Shown: positions 60,406 through 64,000 of the stretch, in pieces
How the letters are laid out: each line of letters starts with the position of its first letter
Numbering within the stretch: the stretch's first letter is position 1
Assembly (NCBI GenBank): GCA_034439575.1
Contig: JAWXAQ010000015.1
Location: 64,001 to 128,000, forward strand
Length of the DNA stretch: 64,000 bases
Reading direction: 5' to 3'
DNA from: Leptospira sp.
Lineage (GTDB): Bacteria; Spirochaetota; Leptospiria; Leptospirales; Leptospiraceae
Notes under the pieces: generated by a model
Database searches by the model: none
Told to the model about the DNA's origin: nothing
Seen by the model: only the letters and a program-made list of their open reading frames with translations
Made by a program: the position numbers and the translations under genes

Positions 60406-60840
60406 CTATGGTTCTTTAAATAATAATGGATTTGCCTTTGGGTATTTTTTGGGAATCTCTTCCCACCAAACATCAGTACTAAAACTTTGCGAGGCTAGAA
60501 TTTTCCATTTGCCGTTCTTTTTGATAAAAAAACTTTCTACATGGCAACAATCAATACCCTGGTCTTCTGGCAATGAAATGGATTTACCGTCCGTCCGAGT
60601 AGCATCACCTTTGAACCAAGCATACTCACCGCTTACATTAAATAAATTTACGACAAAGACTGTATCAATATCAAATTCCTTCTTTAGATTCATTCGAACC
60701 AAATCCAACATTTCTGTACGTTCTTTAAGATTTGTCTTGTTTTTAGTTTTAAAATCAAGTATAGCTGTCTCTCCAAACAATTCAAAAATAAAACTGAATA
60801 AAATGAAAAAAGTAAAATATTTACCCATATTGCCAACCAT
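60406..60840 (-). CDS. Exported hypothetical protein
   Basis: Signal-like N-terminus; VSGEYAW, DCCH, KKNGKWKI. Confidence 0.65.
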   Translation of the reverse strand: MVGNMGKYFTFFILFSFIFELFGETAILDFKTKNKTNLKERTEMLDLVRMNLKKEFDIDTVFVVNLFNVSGEYAWFKGDATRTDGKSISLPEDQGIDCCHVESFFIKKNGKWKILASQSFSTDVWWEEIPKKYPKANPLLFKEP

Positions 60841-60974
60841 TTAACGTGAATTAGATTTAAATTGCCAATTGGAGTATGATATTTATTGATTAAAGACTAA
60901 CATACATATTTAATCAATAAAATCCAAATAGACAAATTCAATTACATTAAAACAATGTTCTTAGATCTCGCAAT

Positions 60975-62735
60975 ATGTCAAACTCAGAAATAAGCACTGG
61001 AAAATTTCGAAGCTTACTGCATATATCAGCAGTTTTGAATGCGAATCTTGACATTCATCAATTACTTCCTTTGATTATGCTGTATTCCAAAGACCTTTTG
61101 GAAGCCGAGGCTAGCTCACTTTTTTTATTAGATCATGATGAATTTTTATATTGTGAAGTAGCTCTTGGTGACAAAGGAGAAATTATCCAACAGTATGCGA
61201 GACTCGAACTAGGCGAGGGAATTGTTGGAACCGTTGCCAAAGAAAAAAAGGCAATCGCCCTAAGCGATGCTTACAAAGACCCAAGGTTCAATCCAGAAAT
61301 GGACCAAAAAACTGGCTTCCGCACCAAATCACTAATCTGTGTTCCACTCTTTGTAGAAGACCGATTGATCGGTACATTGGAAGTTATGAATAAAAGTAAA
61401 AATCGGGTATTTGATGAAGCCGATTTAGAATACTTATTGGCACTCTCAGAAGTTGCCGCTATCGCCATACAAAACGCAAATGCGAAAGACAGCCTTGATA
61501 AAAGAATTTTAGAACTATCCTTACTTTATGAATTCGAAAAACTAGCTGTCTCCGAAAAAAGTTTACCCGAACTTGGCAAATGGATACTGGAACGAGTGTT
61601 AGAATATCTTGAGGCAACATCAGGAACGATCTATCTTGCAGATCCAAATCAAAAAATGCTTTCGATACTCGCGGCCAAAGGAATACCAGAAGAAGCATAT
61701 GATCAAATTCGTGTTCCTTTTGGTACGGGCATTGCAGGTTGGGTAGCTAGCGAAAAACAAGATTTACTTATACATAATTTAGATGCGGATCCTAGATATA
61801 ATAAATTAGCACATTATAAATTTGAATCAAATTCGCTCATATCATCACCTTTAATTTATTTTGATGAATTGTTAGGTGTGATTAGCATCAACAATAAAAA
61901 ATCAGGGTATGCATTTAACCATTCAGACTTAGAATTACTTTCTACGATTGCAAATCGCCTCAGTAGCACGATAAAAAACGCACAACTTTTTCATAAAATC
62001 GTAGATTCAGAAAAAGAATTGAACCGTGCGAAAAACATAATGAAAAAAATTATGCCGAGTGCCCTTCCCTTAACTCCAAAACTACAATACGGTGTATCAC
62101 ATATACCTTTAGAACAAGTAGGTGGGGATTTTTACGATGTAACTCAAATCACTGAAACAAAATATTCCGTATTGATCGCAGATATATCTGGTCATGGATT
62201 GTCAGCGGCTGTACTTGCTGCCATGGCTCATATGGTTTTAAAAAATTTTGAAACAGAATTAAAACTAACTCCGGCTAATTTTTTATCTACACTAAATCAT
62301 ATGTTATACGGAAAATTGGCTAGTAACTTCCTGACTGCTTTCTATGGCATTATTGATATAGAAGAAAACACGATTCTTTGTGCCAATGCGGGGCACCACC
62401 CACCCCTATTGATTTCAAAATCACAAAAGACAGTAATTCCGCTTCCGATCAAAGGAAAATTGTTAGGATTGATACCGGATCTATTGTATGAAGAAAAACA
62501 ATTTTCATTTTCGCCAGAAGAACGTCTTGTATTATTTACAGATGGCCTCACCGAACACGCAAGTCCCGATAAACGCATCAAATACGAAGAAACACTCTTT
62601 GAATCTGATATAAAAAATTCCATCGACCTAAATGCACAATTGGCATCAGATTTTTTGATTAACTCTGCTCGCAGTTATACGAAAAATGAAACTTTCGAGG
62701 ATGATGTCACCTTACTGATCGTAGATCGATTCTGA
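60975..62735 (+). CDS. GAF-GAF-SpoIIE (PP2C) phosphatase
   Basis: Two GAF domains (GEGIVG, DAYKDPRF, GTGIAGWV); VGGDFYD, ADISGHG, NAGH, FTDGLTE, DDVT. Confidence 0.93.
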   Translation: MSNSEISTGKFRSLLHISAVLNANLDIHQLLPLIMLYSKDLLEAEASSLFLLDHDEFLYCEVALGDKGEIIQQYARLELGEGIVGTVAKEKKAIALSDAYKDPRFNPEMDQKTGFRTKSLICVPLFVEDRLIGTLEVMNKSKNRVFDEADLEYLLALSEVAAIAIQNANAKDSLDKRILELSLLYEFEKLAVSEKSLPELGKWILERVLEYLEATSGTIYLADPNQKMLSILAAKGIPEEAYDQIRVPFGTGIAGWVASEKQDLLIHNLDADPRYNKLAHYKFESNSLISSPLIYFDELLGVISINNKKSGYAFNHSDLELLSTIANRLSSTIKNAQLFHKIVDSEKELNRAKNIMKKIMPSALPLTPKLQYGVSHIPLEQVGGDFYDVTQITETKYSVLIADISGHGLSAAVLAAMAHMVLKNFETELKLTPANFLSTLNHMLYGKLASNFLTAFYGIIDIEENTILCANAGHHPPLLISKSQKTVIPLPIKGKLLGLIPDLLYEEKQFSFSPEERLVLFTDGLTEHASPDKRIKYEETLFESDIKNSIDLNAQLASDFLINSARSYTKNETFEDDVTLLIVDRF

Positions 62736-62834
62736 TATTTTTTAATCTCTCCATCAGTTCTCATTCATAATTAGAACTCTTGACATTTTTGATGGAAATA
62801 TAAATATTTAGAAAAATTTCTAAAAGAGATAAGT

Positions 62835-63149
62835 ATGAAAAAAATCCTCATTTCCCTATCGTTATTAGTTTTATTGTCAAATTGTGTTGTTCCATTTGCC
62901 GGAAGACAGATGATAGCTTACGATCCTAAAACAACCGCTACACGCATTCATCATGAAAAACAAGGCACATTGTTATTGTTTGGTGTACTTCCTGTAGATT
63001 CACTTTTGGATATGAAAAGAGAACTCGAACTCGCACGTACTAACAATTCATGCACCGACATTAAAAATATTGATATTTCTTATTACAATCAGCATTTTTA
63101 TATCATAGGATTTGAAAAGTTAGTTGTGAATGCAGATTGTGTAAAATAA
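62835..63149 (+). CDS. Small lipoprotein
   Basis: Lipobox LLSNC; upstream TTGACA at 62780. Confidence 0.7.
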   Translation: MKKILISLSLLVLLSNCVVPFAGRQMIAYDPKTTATRIHHEKQGTLLLFGVLPVDSLLDMKRELELARTNNSCTDIKNIDISYYNQHFYIIGFEKLVVNADCVK

Positions 63150-63329
63150 AATATAAGAGAGTGAGCAAAAACAATTACAAAAGTTTTTCTCACTCTAGCT
63201 TTTCAATAAGTCTCACAAATTAATTCTCAGTCTTCCTCGAGATTCTATTTCTATTACTATACCCTCTTATCATTGACTTAAAAATGATTCCCCAAGATCT
63301 AAATTTGAAAAAAATCTTATAAGTTTGGC

Positions 63330-63363
63330 TTGACAAAAATAACATATCGTATATTTACGATAT
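63330..63363 (+). promoter_or_regulatory. ars promoter / ArsR-type operator
   Basis: TTGACA at 63330; perfect IR ATATCGTA-tatt-TACGATAT (63344-63363) directly before GTG at 63366. Confidence 0.7.
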
Positions 63364-63365
63364 AC

Positions 63366-63704
63366 GTGGCATTAAACAAAAAGACAGAATTTGAAACTCG
63401 GATCCAGAGTCTTTCCGCGCTCCACAAGGCCTTATCGCACCCTGCCCGTCTTGCCATCCTAGAAACCCTAGCAGAAAGGCAGTCCTGTGTCTGCGGAGAG
63501 ATTGTAGATACATTGCCGCTGGCCCAGGCTACTGTTTCACAGCACCTTCGTGAATTGAAAGAAACCGGTCTGATTAAGGGTGAAATCGAAGGCAAAACCT
63601 CATGTTACTGTTTGGACTGGGGTGCTTTGGAAGAAATGGAAGAGGATTTTAAGAATTTTTTTGAACAAATAAAAAAATATAAAATGGATACAGGTTGTTG
63701 CTAA
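63366..63704 (+). CDS. arsR: ArsR/SmtB family regulator
   Basis: KALSHPARLAIL, CVCGEI, LAQATVSQHLRELK, YC, terminal CC; likely GTG start (ORF-track TTG is the -35 box). Confidence 0.92.
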   Translation: MALNKKTEFETRIQSLSALHKALSHPARLAILETLAERQSCVCGEIVDTLPLAQATVSQHLRELKETGLIKGEIEGKTSCYCLDWGALEEMEEDFKNFFEQIKKYKMDTGCC

Positions 63705-64000
63705 TGGAAAAAATCTTACGTAAGAATATTCTAATATTATGCACTGGTAATAGTTGTCGCAGTCAAATGGCGGAAGGATGGATACGTCACTACGCAGGTG
63801 ATCGTGCCGAAGTATATAGCGCAGGAATTGAAACCCATGGAGTCAATCCAAGGGCGATTCAAACTATGAAAGATGCGGGCATTGATATTTCAAAACATAC
63901 GTCGAATCATATCGATGAATACAGAAATATCCCGTTTGATTTTATGATCACAGTATGTGACCATGCGAATGAAAATTGTCCTTATTTTCCCTCCACTGCC
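63704..64000 (+). CDS. arsC: Thioredoxin-type arsenate reductase (LMW-PTP fold), truncated at window edge
   Basis: Hand translation MEKILRKNILILCTGNSCRSQMAEGW...YSAG...ITVCD...CP; ATG overlaps the arsR stop. Confidence 0.92.
   Translation, partial: MEKILRKNILILCTGNSCRSQMAEGWIRHYAGDRAEVYSAGIETHGVNPRAIQTMKDAGIDISKHTSNHIDEYRNIPFDFMITVCDHANENCPYFPSTA

Noticed and set aside
1018-63595. Numerous 60-156 aa antisense or overlapping ORFs in the track (e.g. 3192-3578, 22916-23323, 34270-34740, 43423-43866, 60449-60844)
   Set aside because: Shadow frames of well-supported genes.

Overview
AT-rich bacterial chromosomal window, almost certainly Leptospira (lmtA-like lipid A methyltransferase, OmpL47-like, SpiroCoCo coiled-coil, DUF1564-like, several SpoIIE/STAS genes, leptospiral-type histone). 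Most of it is core genome: comF, lnt, carD-PIN/TRAM, an A2-type caa3 cytochrome c oxidase operon with sco and divergent ctaA/ctaB, a Gld-like ABC system, map, thiM/thiE, queG, phoD and arsR-arsC. Notable items: (1) at 49.9-51.7 kb, two VapBC toxin-antitoxin modules that look like integron gene cassettes, with two 157-bp attC-like sites, a third core site, mutually complementary cassette ends and no integrase in the window; (2) next to it, a ~1.4 kb non-coding degenerate repeat array of alternating inverted motifs upstream of a DUF1564-like gene; (3) a tightly coupled uncharacterised operon of MoxR-like AAA+, HExxH-peptidase-vWA, CapK-like adenylating enzyme and NadR-like gene; (4) a citrate synthase paralog with all three catalytic residues substituted, between a STAS gene and a SpoIIE phosphatase; (5) small ORFs: a 50-aa membrane peptide heading the cox operon and a 48-aa secreted CPGKEKR-repeat peptide. 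All family calls come from motif recognition by eye; no searches were run.
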